64,000 nucleotides of DNA from Patescibacteria group bacterium (GCA_038063515.1 JBBTUY010000001.1:74972-138971); one strand, 5' to 3'; positions 47,912 to 59,643 are shown, numbered from the stretch's first letter. Notes: generated by a model from the sequence alone, not told the origin. Numbers and translations are program-made.

Positions 47912-49011
47912 GAATTTTTTTGAAATTTTGATATGTTTAATACTATACCTATCGCTATCAGGGCTATCATAAACGAAGTTCCTCCATGACTCATAAAAGG
48001 AAGCGGTACACCAGTCAAAGGAAATACTCCGATCACAGATGCAATATGTAAGAATGACTGGAGTGTTATAAGTATAACAATTCCAATAACTAAAAGTCTA
48101 CTGAATAAATCAGGAGAATTATTCGCAATACGAAATCCTCTGAGTACAAAAAATAGATACAAAATTATCGTACCTACAGCACCAATAAAACCTAATTCTT
48201 CTCCCAACACAGCAAAAATAGAGTCGCCTTGAGGTTCTGGTAAATAGCTAAATTTCTGTATGCTTTGTCCGAAACCACGTCCAAAGAATCCTCCGCCGCC
48301 TATGGCTATCATGGATTGCTGGACTTGGTACGAAGAACCACGAGGATCATTTGACGGATCAATAAATGTTTTGACTCTATTTTGAAGATATGGAGTAAAG
48401 TATACTAAGCATGCAAGCACTAACATCACACTCACTCCTACCCCTATGATGTATTTCCACGGAACTCCTGATATGAAAAGCATACACATCCCTGTCCCCG
48501 CAATTAAAATAAAGCTTTTTGTGTCAGGCTGTCCAAATAAAATAAGTGCTATTACAGATAGCATTATTCCTAGAGGTAAAATACCAAACTTAAAATCCCC
48601 CACCCTATTTTTTGCCCACGAAAGCCATGCAGCAAAATAAATAACAAATCCAAACTTTAAAAGTTCTACTGGCTGAAAGGAAAAGAACCCTATTTTAAGC
48701 CATCTCTGTGCACCTCCATGACTCCACCCGAGGTGCGGTATGAAGACTGCAGCTGTGAGGAGTATTGAACCTAGAAAAATATAAAAAGAATATTTACGCC
48801 AAAATTTATAATTTATTTTAAGCGCAATGTACATGCCGATAGTTCCAAATCCAAGTCCAAGTATGAGCTGACTAAAGAGTACTGAGTAAAAAGTCTTTTC
48901 ACTTTTAGCAAGAATGCCTAAAGATGCAGAGACGAACATGGCGAGTCCCACTATAATTAGTAATCCTATTATGACTAAGAAAAATCTATCGACTTTTTTA
49001 TTATCCTTCAT
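47908..49011 (-). CDS. ftsW: SEDS protein FtsW
   Basis: GAQRW, FQPVE, QPD, EELGF, PLTGVPLPFMSHGG; between mraY and murG. Confidence 0.92.
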   Translation of the reverse strand: MKDNKKVDRFFLVIIGLLIIVGLAMFVSASLGILAKSEKTFYSVLFSQLILGLGFGTIGMYIALKINYKFWRKYSFYIFLGSILLTAAVFIPHLGWSHGGAQRWLKIGFFSFQPVELLKFGFVIYFAAWLSWAKNRVGDFKFGILPLGIMLSVIALILFGQPDTKSFILIAGTGMCMLFISGVPWKYIIGVGVSVMLVLACLVYFTPYLQNRVKTFIDPSNDPRGSSYQVQQSMIAIGGGGFFGRGFGQSIQKFSYLPEPQGDSIFAVLGEELGFIGAVGTIILYLFFVLRGFRIANNSPDLFSRLLVIGIVILITLQSFLHIASVIGVFPLTGVPLPFMSHGGTSFMIALIAIGIVLNISKFQKNS

Positions 49012-49015
49012 TAAT

Positions 49016-50071
49016 TTATCTACTTACAATTACTAAAATGATCCCGATAATGACAAATATGACAGACAAGATCCAGAAACGCATGGTGACCCTGTAGGAT
49101 GGCCAGCCTATTGCTTCGAAATGATGATGAAGTGGTGCGAGTTTAAAAATTCTCTTACCATTTCTTAATTTCTTTGAAATTAGTTGTAGTATTACTGAAA
49201 GAGAAGTGATAACAAGTGGTAGTGCTATGACAGGAAGTATTAATACTGAATCAGTTAGAAATGCTAGCGTTGCAAGTGTCACTGTAATGCCCATGATGCC
49301 TGTTTCTCCCATGTAAAATCTGGCAGGTGGAATATTAAACCATAGAAATGCGAGGATTGCACCTGCCAAAACAGCAGAAAAAGTCGCAAGGTCTATTTGA
49401 TTGTTTGTATATGCTATAACTGAATACCCTGCAAATATGGACGCAAATATGCCACCTGACAATCCGTCCAAGCCATCGATAACTCCTCCTGAAAATGTAG
49501 CGATAGAAACTAAAATGAAAAATGGAATTATTAAAATACCTAAATATAGATCTCCTACAAAAGGTATGTGAATCGAATTCATATCTAGCTTGTAGAAAAA
49601 CCACATACCTATGAGTAAAGAAATAAATGTTATGAGGAAAATTTTCCATTTCCTCCATGAAATGTCGTCGTGTGCAAATTTACCTGTACCATAAATCTGA
49701 ATAAGGTCATCCCAAAGACCAATAAGAGAACAAACGATAAGAGTAAAAAGTGGTATAAATGTCTGATTTCTACTTAAGAAATTCATCTTTTCTGTACTAT
49801 CCGTTGGAAAAATCAAATAAAAGAAATAGAAAATAAAAGTTGTTGCAAGAACTGATATCCAAATAATCATCCCTCCTACGCGAGGTGTGTTGAGCTCCCC
49901 TTTTCCACTATGGATTTTACTAAAGTCTTCGTTTGCGACTGAAGCATCTCTAGAATATCTTTTCCACATTTTGTATTTATAGAAAAAATAAGTAGCAAAA
50001 GGTGTAAGCAATAGCCCAAAAAAGAAAGCTAAAATTGTTGGTATGAATACTTTAATTAAATCTAAGTACAT
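49016..50071 (-). CDS. mraY: Phospho-MurNAc-pentapeptide transferase
   Basis: TPRVGG, GLWDD, DGLDGL, FYMGETG, APLHHHFE. Confidence 0.93.
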   Translation of the reverse strand: MYLDLIKVFIPTILAFFFGLLLTPFATYFFYKYKMWKRYSRDASVANEDFSKIHSGKGELNTPRVGGMIIWISVLATTFIFYFFYLIFPTDSTEKMNFLSRNQTFIPLFTLIVCSLIGLWDDLIQIYGTGKFAHDDISWRKWKIFLITFISLLIGMWFFYKLDMNSIHIPFVGDLYLGILIIPFFILVSIATFSGGVIDGLDGLSGGIFASIFAGYSVIAYTNNQIDLATFSAVLAGAILAFLWFNIPPARFYMGETGIMGITVTLATLAFLTDSVLILPVIALPLVITSLSVILQLISKKLRNGKRIFKLAPLHHHFEAIGWPSYRVTMRFWILSVIFVIIGIILVIVSR

Positions 50072-50128
50072 ATACCAAAGTATACCAGAAATCTACAAAT
50101 TAATAAATTTCTATTATTTTAGGTTGTA

Positions 50129-51238
50129 TTAAAACAACTTAACTATGTCGTGATATGTGACGAAAAGCATAAGAAGAAGGAGCAATCCAAATCCTATGGC
50201 GTTTGCTGTATTTGTGATTTTTGGATTAAGTGGAGAGCCTTTAATGGTCTCGATAAGTAAAAAGAAAAGTCGTCCACCGTCTAAGGCTGGAAATGGAAGG
50301 AAGTTTATTATTGCAAGGTTCACAGATATAAGAGCAGCAAAAGAAATGAGGTACACAAAGCCAAATTCATATGCATCCCCTACTATACCCACCATACCTA
50401 CTGGACCTGTAACTGAATCAAGGCTACCTTTGCCCTGTATGCCGTCCCTAACGAGTGTATAGAGCCCTACAACCGTTCCTTTAGTCACATTTATGGTGAG
50501 GCTCATTCCTTCAACAATTGCCTTTAAAACAGGCAATTTAGCTATACCTATCTGATCCATAGAAACTCCTATTGCTGGGTTACCGTTTTTAATTTCAGGG
50601 GTTAGTTTTGTATTCTCGAAAACTTTGTCTTTACCTCGTATATAGGAAATATTTATTTCATCGTTTGGATGTTTGAGTACAAAAGATTTCAAAGTGTCAG
50701 GAGTAATTTCTCTTAATTCTTCTATTTTATTTTTTGAATCTATATATGATACAGCCACTACTTTATCGCCTGTTTTTATTCCAGCTTTGAATGCGGGAGA
50801 GTCTGGTAAAACAGACACAATAACAGTATGCACGTCGCTTACATTGTAAGCTCCTATGTCACTGTTTACTGATGTTGGTAAGCCAGAAAGAAAACCAAAA
50901 GAAAATAAAAGCCATGCAAGTACAAAGTTCATAAATATCCCTGCGAAAAGAACTATGGCTTGCTGGTATTTAGGTCTATGAATAAAGCTTCTACCAGCAT
51001 CAGGACCATTTATGTTTTCTTCATCAGGGTTTTCGCCAAAAATTTTGACGAAGCCACCGAGTGGTAAGAGGTTTAATGTGTATTCCGTCTCACCCCTTTT
51101 TATGCCGAATAATTTGGGTGGGAAACCAAAGCCAAATTCATCTACTCGGATACCAAATTTCTTTGCAGAGAAAAAATGTCCAAATTCATGGACTAAAACG
51201 AGTACAAGTAGGATTATTAAAAAAATTATTATATTCAT
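50129..51238 (-). CDS. rseP: Site-2 protease RseP (M50, PDZ)
   Basis: HEFGH, LPLGGFV, NFLPFPALDGG. Confidence 0.95.
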   Translation of the reverse strand: MNIIIFLIILLVLVLVHEFGHFFSAKKFGIRVDEFGFGFPPKLFGIKRGETEYTLNLLPLGGFVKIFGENPDEENINGPDAGRSFIHRPKYQQAIVLFAGIFMNFVLAWLLFSFGFLSGLPTSVNSDIGAYNVSDVHTVIVSVLPDSPAFKAGIKTGDKVVAVSYIDSKNKIEELREITPDTLKSFVLKHPNDEINISYIRGKDKVFENTKLTPEIKNGNPAIGVSMDQIGIAKLPVLKAIVEGMSLTINVTKGTVVGLYTLVRDGIQGKGSLDSVTGPVGMVGIVGDAYEFGFVYLISFAALISVNLAIINFLPFPALDGGRLFFLLIETIKGSPLNPKITNTANAIGFGLLLLLMLFVTYHDIVKLF

Positions 51239-51247
51239 AGTTGTAAG

Positions 51248-51799
51248 TTATCCTAATATTTCTTTTTCTTTTTTCTCAAATATAGCTTCAAGATTTGCAT
51301 TCACATCATTAATGATTTTCTGTAAATCATCTTTGGCTCTAAACTTCTCATCTTCAGTCATTTCTTTTTCTTTCTCTTTGGTCTCTACATCTTTCCATAA
51401 ATCTTCGCGAAGTCTTCTGACTGTTATTTTCTGTTCTTCTAATTTCTCTTTTAATACCCTCGCAAGCTTTGTCCTTGTTTCTGTGGTGAGTTGGGGGAAA
51501 ATTACTCGTATACCTAAGTCGTCAGTTGCGACAGACAGGCCTATGTTAGAAGCTAGAATAGCTTTCTCTATATCTTTTACTTGATTTTTATCCCATGGAG
51601 CTATGCGTAATGTTTTAGGATCTTCTATGGAAATATTTGCAATATTTTTAATAGGAACATAAGAGCCGTATGAGGATACAGAAATGCTGTCTAAAACCAT
51701 TGGTGATGCACGGCCGATGTTGAGCTCTCTGTATTCTTTGCTTAAGAACTCTTGTACTTTCTGTAATTCATTTTTAAAACTTGAAAAATTGTATTGCAT
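51248..51799 (-). CDS. frr: Ribosome recycling factor
   Basis: GRAS, PWD, FPQLTTETR, EDE..LQK. Confidence 0.95.
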   Translation of the reverse strand: MQYNFSSFKNELQKVQEFLSKEYRELNIGRASPMVLDSISVSSYGSYVPIKNIANISIEDPKTLRIAPWDKNQVKDIEKAILASNIGLSVATDDLGIRVIFPQLTTETRTKLARVLKEKLEEQKITVRRLREDLWKDVETKEKEKEMTEDEKFRAKDDLQKIINDVNANLEAIFEKKEKEILG

Positions 51800-51828
51800 G
51801 GTCTTATCATATCACATTTTAGAAATTA

Positions 51829-52554
51829 TTAAAATTTCTCTGGTATGACTAAAGCGACGGATTCCATGAGGGTTTTTGCAGAGCTACCCGGCTCTCTTAA
51901 AAATTTTCTAACTTTAAAAATATGTGAAAAAAAGGTCACATAATTTTTATGTATATTTCTTGTTAAAACTTTTTCATGCAGAGATTGCTCTAATGCATTT
52001 AGGAATTTTAGAGATTTTGATCGAGTTGAGTCTAGTACATTTGTTTCTATGTTTTGTTCTTCAGCTTCATCTATTTTTGATGTAAGCTCTTTTATGAAAT
52101 CCAATCTTAATTTAATTGGCATTTTTATAAATTTCTCTGCGTCTTTAATTTTACTTTCAGTTAAATCTTGCTTGGTCGATATAAGGTAAAATCTAGATAC
52201 TAGAGTTTGAATCAAAGTGTGTGTGTCTGGGGTAATAACAAAGAAATGAGTATTAGCTATAGGCTCCTCAAATATTTTTAATAAGCTATTTTGAGCATCA
52301 AGTAAAAAATTATTTGCGGAAATTACAAATATTTTTTTGTCGGTAGAAAAGCCTCTATTTACCACATATGATTTTAAGTTCCGAGCATCTTCAATTTTAA
52401 AAGAATCAAGCTGTATGTTTGTAAAGTCAGCATTATTAGATATTTGTATCCCTAATTTATTTATAAATTCTAAAAGAATAGGCAATACTTCCTCACTGTC
52501 CCCTTCTATCAGATACGCATGATGTAAATTATCTTTATGTATGTTTTTAAACAT
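51829..52554 (-). CDS. holB: DNA polymerase III delta'-like subunit
   Basis: LHHAYLIEG, AQNSLLKIFEEP, TLVSR. Confidence 0.75.
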   Translation of the reverse strand: MFKNIHKDNLHHAYLIEGDSEEVLPILLEFINKLGIQISNNADFTNIQLDSFKIEDARNLKSYVVNRGFSTDKKIFVISANNFLLDAQNSLLKIFEEPIANTHFFVITPDTHTLIQTLVSRFYLISTKQDLTESKIKDAEKFIKMPIKLRLDFIKELTSKIDEAEEQNIETNVLDSTRSKSLKFLNALEQSLHEKVLTRNIHKNYVTFFSHIFKVRKFLREPGSSAKTLMESVALVIPEKF

Positions 52555-52556
52555 AA

Positions 52557-53570
52557 TTACTTTTTACTCAAAACTGTTTTTTTGTATACATCCAAGTGTT
52601 CGAGTGCGATACCCGTACCTTTAGCAACACAAAAAAGTGCGTCTTCTGCGAGAGTAGCCTTAACTCCTGTTTTTAAATATACGAGATCGGTAAGTCCACG
52701 TAGTTGTGATGATCCACCGGTCATGATAATACCATGGTCTATGATGTCTGATGCGAGCTCCGGTGGAGTTTCTTGCAAGACATCTTTAATAGCTTTGATT
52801 ATTTGTTTTAATTCGCCATCTATAGCACGTACTATTTCATTTGTACTTACTTGGGCAGATCGTGGCAAACCTTGTATATAGTCGCGTCCTTTTATTGTGA
52901 CACGGAGCTCTTCTTCCATGAGCACAGCTCCACCTATTTTTATTTTTATCTCTTCAGCTGTTCGGTCTCCAATAGCTAAGTTGAAAGTTTTTTTAATATA
53001 ATCTGCAATAGCTTGATCTATTTTATTTCCTGCGCATTTAACAGAAGTTGAAGCTACGATTCCACCTAGAGATATCACTGCCACATCAGTCGTCCCGCCT
53101 CCTATATCTACAACCATACTACCGATTGATTCGTATATAGGGATGCCTGCGCCTATGGCAGCCAATATGGGCTCCTTCACGACGTAAGCATTTTTTGCTC
53201 CTGCACGTATAGCTGCTTCCACTACTGCCCGTCTTTCTGTGGAGGTTACACCTGCCGGGACTGATACCATTACATCAGGTTTAAAGAAATAAAAGCGTCC
53301 CATCGCTTTAGTTATAAAATACTTAAGCATAGCTTCTGTCACTCTATAATCAGCGATAACTCCATCTTTCATAGGGCAATATGTAATAATTGATTCGGGT
53401 GTTTTACCTATCATATCTTTTGCTCCAAAACCAATAGCAAGGATCTTATTATCTTGTTCAGAAACAGCTACAACTGAAGGCTCATTTAAAACAACCCCTT
53501 TTCCAGGCACAAAAACCAGCGTATTTGCCGTTCCTAAGTCTATGCCTAGTTTTCTTGAAAAAATACTCAT
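52557..53570 (-). CDS. mreB: Rod shape-determining protein MreB
   Basis: GIDLGTANT, EPSVVA, DIGGGTT, TGG; start at ATG 53570. Confidence 0.96.
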   Translation of the reverse strand: MSIFSRKLGIDLGTANTLVFVPGKGVVLNEPSVVAVSEQDNKILAIGFGAKDMIGKTPESIITYCPMKDGVIADYRVTEAMLKYFITKAMGRFYFFKPDVMVSVPAGVTSTERRAVVEAAIRAGAKNAYVVKEPILAAIGAGIPIYESIGSMVVDIGGGTTDVAVISLGGIVASTSVKCAGNKIDQAIADYIKKTFNLAIGDRTAEEIKIKIGGAVLMEEELRVTIKGRDYIQGLPRSAQVSTNEIVRAIDGELKQIIKAIKDVLQETPPELASDIIDHGIIMTGGSSQLRGLTDLVYLKTGVKATLAEDALFCVAKGTGIALEHLDVYKKTVLSKK

Positions 53571-53607
53571 CCGAGAAATAATAGCACACATATGCTAGAA
53601 TTAAAAT

Positions 53608-55590
53608 ATGAAAATTGTGAGCGTAATCCCTATGAAAAAAGGGATTATAACGAATGAATTAGACTACTTTACTACTAAAAATGTACTTGAAGGAGACATT
53701 GTTTCAGTAACACTTCGCAACAAAGAAGTCCTCGGACTCGTTTTGTCTGTCGAAAATGTTTTTACTACAAAATTAAATATTAAAGACATGGACTTCAATT
53801 TAAAGAAAATTATTGAAGTAAAAAAAGATTCTATTTTTAGAAAAGAATACATTGATTCCATACTACTCACTGCTAAATATTTTGCAGGAAGTAAGAGCAA
53901 CGCTTTTGTTTCTCTTATACCTTCTTCTTTGCGTGAAGATTACGATCACATCTCCGAGCTTACTTGGAGCTCTGAAGCTCAGACTGTCAGCCTAGATCCA
54001 AATTTAGTAAACATAAGACCTGAGAAATTATTATTGCAAGAGCCTATCCTAGATCGTATTTCCATATACAAAACTCTTATACGAGAAAATTTTGCACTTA
54101 AGAAATCTGTTTTTATAGTATTACCCACAGAAATGGATATTAAAGTTTTTGAGGAATATTTATCTAAAGGTATACAAGAATTTACATTTAGCTTATATGG
54201 GAGATTAAGTAATAAGAAAATTATCGAAAAATTTGAAAAAATAGTTTCTACACCACACCCAGTACTCATCATAGCTACTCCCCCTTTCCTTTCTATTTCA
54301 AGATTAGATTTAGGCGTAATCATACTAGAACATGAGAGTTCTAGTAGTTACAGAATGATATCAAAACCGCATTTTGATTTACGTATTTTTGTAGAACTTT
54401 TTGCTTCAAAAATAAATGCTAAGTTTATATTAGGTGACACTATGCTTTCTTTTGAAACCATTGCTCGACAAGAGATAGATTTCCTCACACCAATGCACCC
54501 TCTATCTTTCCGAACTAATTTTACTGGGAAAATACAGGTAGAGAATCCAAATAAAAAAAAGGAGACTCCTACAAATGCAGAGTTAGCTACAAAACATTCT
54601 TTCGAGATTCTCTCTAGCCAAAGCATCTTGGATATACAGGACACGCTTGCAAAGAAAAAAAATGTCTTTATATTTTCACTTAGGAAAGGACTGGCTACTC
54701 AGACACTGTGTAGAGATTGTGGTGAAATTGTAAGTTGTGAAAAGTGCTCCTCGCCTCTGGTTTTATATGATTTAGAATCAAATTCTAAAGAAAATTCAAG
54801 GTCTTTTATTTGCAATAAATGTGGAGAGGAAAAAAATACAGAAATAAAATGTACAAACTGTGATAGCTGGAATTTAATACCTTTAGGCGTAGGTACAGAC
54901 ACCGTCTATGCATACATAAGCAAACTTTTTCCAAAAATAAAAATATTAAAATTAGACAAAGATTCAGCTAAAAGTAAAAAAGATGTAGAGAAAATTTTAA
55001 AAGAATTTGATGATAATCCTGGATCCATATTAATTGGAAGCCAGATGGTACTACTGTACTTAGAGAATAGGGTTTCCTTGTCCATAATCGCATCATTCGA
55101 TAGTTTTTGGAGTATTCCAAACTTTAGAATGAGTGAAAAGATTATTCAACTCGTCACCTCAATTATGGAGAAAACTGAGGATAAATTTATAATAAATACT
55201 AAAAATGAGAGTGACTCTACTGTACAAGCAATAGTAAATGGTAATTTATTATCTTTAGTACGAGATGAATTAGAAGACAGAAAAAAGCTCTCATATCCCC
55301 CATTTAAACGTTTTATTAAAATAAGATTCCTGGGAAGTCCAGAAGAAACTTTTAAAACAAAAGAACACATGCTTGAGCTTTTCAAAAACTATAAACCTTT
55401 AATTTTTGACGGTTTTGTATCACAAGTGAAAAATAAACATGTTACAAATATTCTACTTAAAATTGAAAGAAAAGAGTGGTCTTTACCTGAATTATCTATT
55501 GGTTCTAGTATTGATGAGCTTATACTTGAAAAACTGTCATCTCTACCTCCTAATTTTGAAATTTTTGTGGACCCAGAAGACTTATTGTAA
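53608..55590 (+). CDS. priA: Primosomal protein PriA, helicase motifs degenerate
   Basis: N-terminal 3'-binding domain, RKG followed by four CxxC, GVGT, YPPF; Walker A and DExH missing. Confidence 0.82.
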   Translation: MKIVSVIPMKKGIITNELDYFTTKNVLEGDIVSVTLRNKEVLGLVLSVENVFTTKLNIKDMDFNLKKIIEVKKDSIFRKEYIDSILLTAKYFAGSKSNAFVSLIPSSLREDYDHISELTWSSEAQTVSLDPNLVNIRPEKLLLQEPILDRISIYKTLIRENFALKKSVFIVLPTEMDIKVFEEYLSKGIQEFTFSLYGRLSNKKIIEKFEKIVSTPHPVLIIATPPFLSISRLDLGVIILEHESSSSYRMISKPHFDLRIFVELFASKINAKFILGDTMLSFETIARQEIDFLTPMHPLSFRTNFTGKIQVENPNKKKETPTNAELATKHSFEILSSQSILDIQDTLAKKKNVFIFSLRKGLATQTLCRDCGEIVSCEKCSSPLVLYDLESNSKENSRSFICNKCGEEKNTEIKCTNCDSWNLIPLGVGTDTVYAYISKLFPKIKILKLDKDSAKSKKDVEKILKEFDDNPGSILIGSQMVLLYLENRVSLSIIASFDSFWSIPNFRMSEKIIQLVTSIMEKTEDKFIINTKNESDSTVQAIVNGNLLSLVRDELEDRKKLSYPPFKRFIKIRFLGSPEETFKTKEHMLELFKNYKPLIFDGFVSQVKNKHVTNILLKIERKEWSLPELSIGSSIDELILEKLSSLPPNFEIFVDPEDLL

Positions 55591-55600
55591 ATAATAATGT

Positions 55601-55954
55601 CTATTCTGGAGCTAATTCCTCCCTTTTCTTTAGGAATTTTTTCATTTGATTATCCATTTGTATTGTCCTAGTAGTTCCATAAATAAGTGTCAGAAGTCCA
55701 AATATTACAAGCATTACTCCTGTATATCGGAGAACTAGAAAATTTTCAGATAATGTAAATAAAGTTACTCCGACTACTATTATAGTCAAGCCCGTACGCA
55801 CGTATGAGAGAAAAGTAGATTCATTTGTTAAAATAGTTCGCTCAATAGCCAAGTAATCCCGTAAGATGAGCTGATTTACAAAAAAATTTTCATATACTTC
55901 TCTATCTATGTATTCCTTTCTTTTAGAAAGGCTCTTGTAAAAAAATATATTCAT
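55601..55954 (-). CDS. DUF202/YidH family membrane protein
   Basis: RDYLAIERT..NESTFLSYVRT plus TM helices. Confidence 0.85.
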   Translation of the reverse strand: MNIFFYKSLSKRKEYIDREVYENFFVNQLILRDYLAIERTILTNESTFLSYVRTGLTIIVVGVTLFTLSENFLVLRYTGVMLVIFGLLTLIYGTTRTIQMDNQMKKFLKKREELAPE

Positions 55955-56658
55955 TTATCTAGTATACTTAAAAATTTTATCGGTGCAACTAAAACAGTAA
56001 ATTCTCCTTTTTGTTTAATTGGATTTTCTGTTAAATAATTTAAAAGTTCTTTAGCTGTACCTGTTTTAAATTCTTCATATATCTTAGTTATTTCACGAGC
56101 AATACATACTTTTTTATTAGGGCAAAATTTATCTAAAGATTCTAGTGTTTTTAAAATTCTGTGTGGGGATTCATAAAATGCCACAGTTCTCTTTGATTCA
56201 TTTATTTCTTTAAATAAAGTTTCTCTCCCTTTTTTGTGCGGGAGAAATCCTAGAAAAGTAAACTCATGAGTAGGTAGTCCCGAAGCAGACAAGGCAGCTA
56301 TGAGAGCCGTGGCACCTGGTATCGGTACGACTTGCACTTCATCACTATTAAATTTTTCTTTAATGAGAGATACGAGCATAGCACCTGGATCAGAGATGCC
56401 TGGTGTACCAGCATCAGACACTAAAGCTAAATCTTTCCCTTCCTGTATGAGTTCGAAAATTTTATTTGTCTTTGAGAGTTTACTTTGTGCATGATAGCTT
56501 AGTGTGGATGTATTGATATTATATTTCTGTAGAACTTTTTTTGTTTCTCTGGTATCTTCACACAGAATCAAATCCACGTTTTTGAGCGTATCAACAGCAC
56601 GATAGGTTATATCTGCCATATTCCCTATCGGTGTTGCAACAATATAAAATTTAGACAT
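55951..56658 (-). CDS. rsmI: 16S rRNA C1402 2'-O-methyltransferase
   Basis: VATPIGN, CEDTR, VSDAGTPGISDPG, YESPHR, REITKIYEE. Confidence 0.96.
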   Translation of the reverse strand: MSKFYIVATPIGNMADITYRAVDTLKNVDLILCEDTRETKKVLQKYNINTSTLSYHAQSKLSKTNKIFELIQEGKDLALVSDAGTPGISDPGAMLVSLIKEKFNSDEVQVVPIPGATALIAALSASGLPTHEFTFLGFLPHKKGRETLFKEINESKRTVAFYESPHRILKTLESLDKFCPNKKVCIAREITKIYEEFKTGTAKELLNYLTENPIKQKGEFTVLVAPIKFLSILDK

Positions 56659-56666
56659 AAAATAAT

Positions 56667-57116
56667 TTATTTCCTATACTTTCGAGTACGCCATTTGTCT
56701 CCTATCTTCACGCGAGTAAGTGAGCGCTCAAGTTCAGCTTCAAAATGCTCGAAGTCAACCGTATCTTTATTTTCGAGCTTCTTTTTCAATTCTTCAGCTC
56801 GTGTTTTTGCTTCTAGTATTTTCTCATCAGTAAGCTCTGATACATGCTCAGCAAAGTCGGCAAGTATGGCAACTTCTGTAATATTGTTTTCGCCTTGTTT
56901 TATTTCTATAAATCCACCAGCAACTGCCATAGGTGCGTACTCACCCTTTGTGAGTGCTGCCACATCTCCAGCAGTAAGTCCTGTAATAAGAGGTATATGA
57001 TTAGGAAGAACAGTAATCTCACCTAATGTAGTAGGTATACTAACTTGATCTACAAGCTCTTCTAATACAAGTCTTTCAGGTGTTACTATTTTTAATTTTA
57101 ATTGTTTTATTGACAT
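56667..57116 (-). CDS. atpC: ATP synthase epsilon
   Basis: IVTPER, GEITVLPNHIP, GGFIE. Confidence 0.95.
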   Translation of the reverse strand: MSIKQLKLKIVTPERLVLEELVDQVSIPTTLGEITVLPNHIPLITGLTAGDVAALTKGEYAPMAVAGGFIEIKQGENNITEVAILADFAEHVSELTDEKILEAKTRAEELKKKLENKDTVDFEHFEAELERSLTRVKIGDKWRTRKYRK

Positions 57117-57132
57117 GTTTTTTATTAAAAAC

Positions 57133-57268
57133 TGAATATCTTCTTTTAAAATGCAATCTATCTGGCAAAGCTTTGCCAGCGAACTGCTCGTCGATCAAGA
57201 AAATAATATAAAGAGTACTTTATTTATTTTCTAATCTCCTGCGCAAGGCATTTGAAAAGAAATATTCA
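57133..57268. repeat. ~136-bp structured intergenic element with imperfect terminal inverted repeats
   Basis: TGAATATCTTCTTTTAAAATGC ... GCATTTGAAAAGAAATATTCA enclosing palindrome CTGGCAAAGCTTTGCCAG and a second AT-rich hairpin. Confidence 0.7.
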
Positions 57269-57272
57269 TTTT

Positions 57273-58676
<1,404 letters not shown>

Positions 58677-58711
58677 TTATAATTTGTTTCAATGTTTTTA
58701 ATAAATCTTTA

Positions 58712-59638
58712 CTAACTTACACTTGCCATACCTACACTTATTTCTGATATCTCTCTGGTAATGTTTGCTTGTCTTGCTTTGTTAAAGATAAGTGTTAAGT
58801 CGTCTATCATCTCACCTCCTGCATCACTTGCGTTTTTCATGGCTATCATTCTCGAAGATTGCTCTGACGCATTTGATTCGAGAAGCATCTGATATATTTG
58901 CATCCGAGTTAATTTTTCAGCGAGCGTGGTCATCAATTCATCTCTGTCTCCTTCAAATAAATAATCGATACCTTGATCTCCAGAATTTTCTTTTGAATTT
59001 TCTTTTGAATTTTCTGAAATATTATTTTTCCCTAAAGAATTAATTACTTCTTCTAAGTCTTTTTTATTTATAGGTAATATTTGTTTTATGTTTGGCTTTT
59101 GACTTAATACTGAAACAAAGTCTGTGTACGCAACCATAACCTTGTCATAATTTCCTTTAGAGTATTCCTCTGTAACAAATTTTGAAATAGGTATAACTTC
59201 AGATAAAGATATGTTTGTATTCGATTCTAAGAATGACGCTACTATATTTATATCTAGTCTCTGCATCATTGTTTCGCCTTTTTTACCGATGGATACAATG
59301 TCTACATTTATGTTTTCATCTTTGTTTTTCAAAAGAGATACAACTTTTTTAATGATTTGTGAATTATATGCACCACAAAGTCCACGATTAGAAGTTATTA
59401 GTATGAGTAGAATGTTCTTTACTTCTCTCTCCAGAAAAAGAGGGTGTTTTATTTCTTTCGTGTTTTTAGCTATTGAAGTTAAAATATCCCAAGAATAATT
59501 TGCATACAGACGTGACGCCATAGTAGAAGCTACTGCGCGCTTCATCTTCGAAGCAGCCACGAGCTCCATAGCTTTAGTGATCTTCTTTGTGCTCTTCACA
59601 CTTTTTATTCTTCTTTTAATTTCTTTTATACCTGCCAT
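58712..59638 (-). CDS. atpG: ATP synthase gamma
   Basis: KITKAMELVAASK, RGLCG, NKARQANITREISEI. Confidence 0.97.
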   Translation of the reverse strand: MAGIKEIKRRIKSVKSTKKITKAMELVAASKMKRAVASTMASRLYANYSWDILTSIAKNTKEIKHPLFLEREVKNILLILITSNRGLCGAYNSQIIKKVVSLLKNKDENINVDIVSIGKKGETMMQRLDINIVASFLESNTNISLSEVIPISKFVTEEYSKGNYDKVMVAYTDFVSVLSQKPNIKQILPINKKDLEEVINSLGKNNISENSKENSKENSGDQGIDYLFEGDRDELMTTLAEKLTRMQIYQMLLESNASEQSSRMIAMKNASDAGGEMIDDLTLIFNKARQANITREISEISVGMASVS

Positions 59639-59643
59639 TTTTT

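Noticed and set aside
58983-59018. 12-bp tandem repeat in atpG (ENSK)n
   Set aside because: In-frame slippage in a variable loop; no sign of function.
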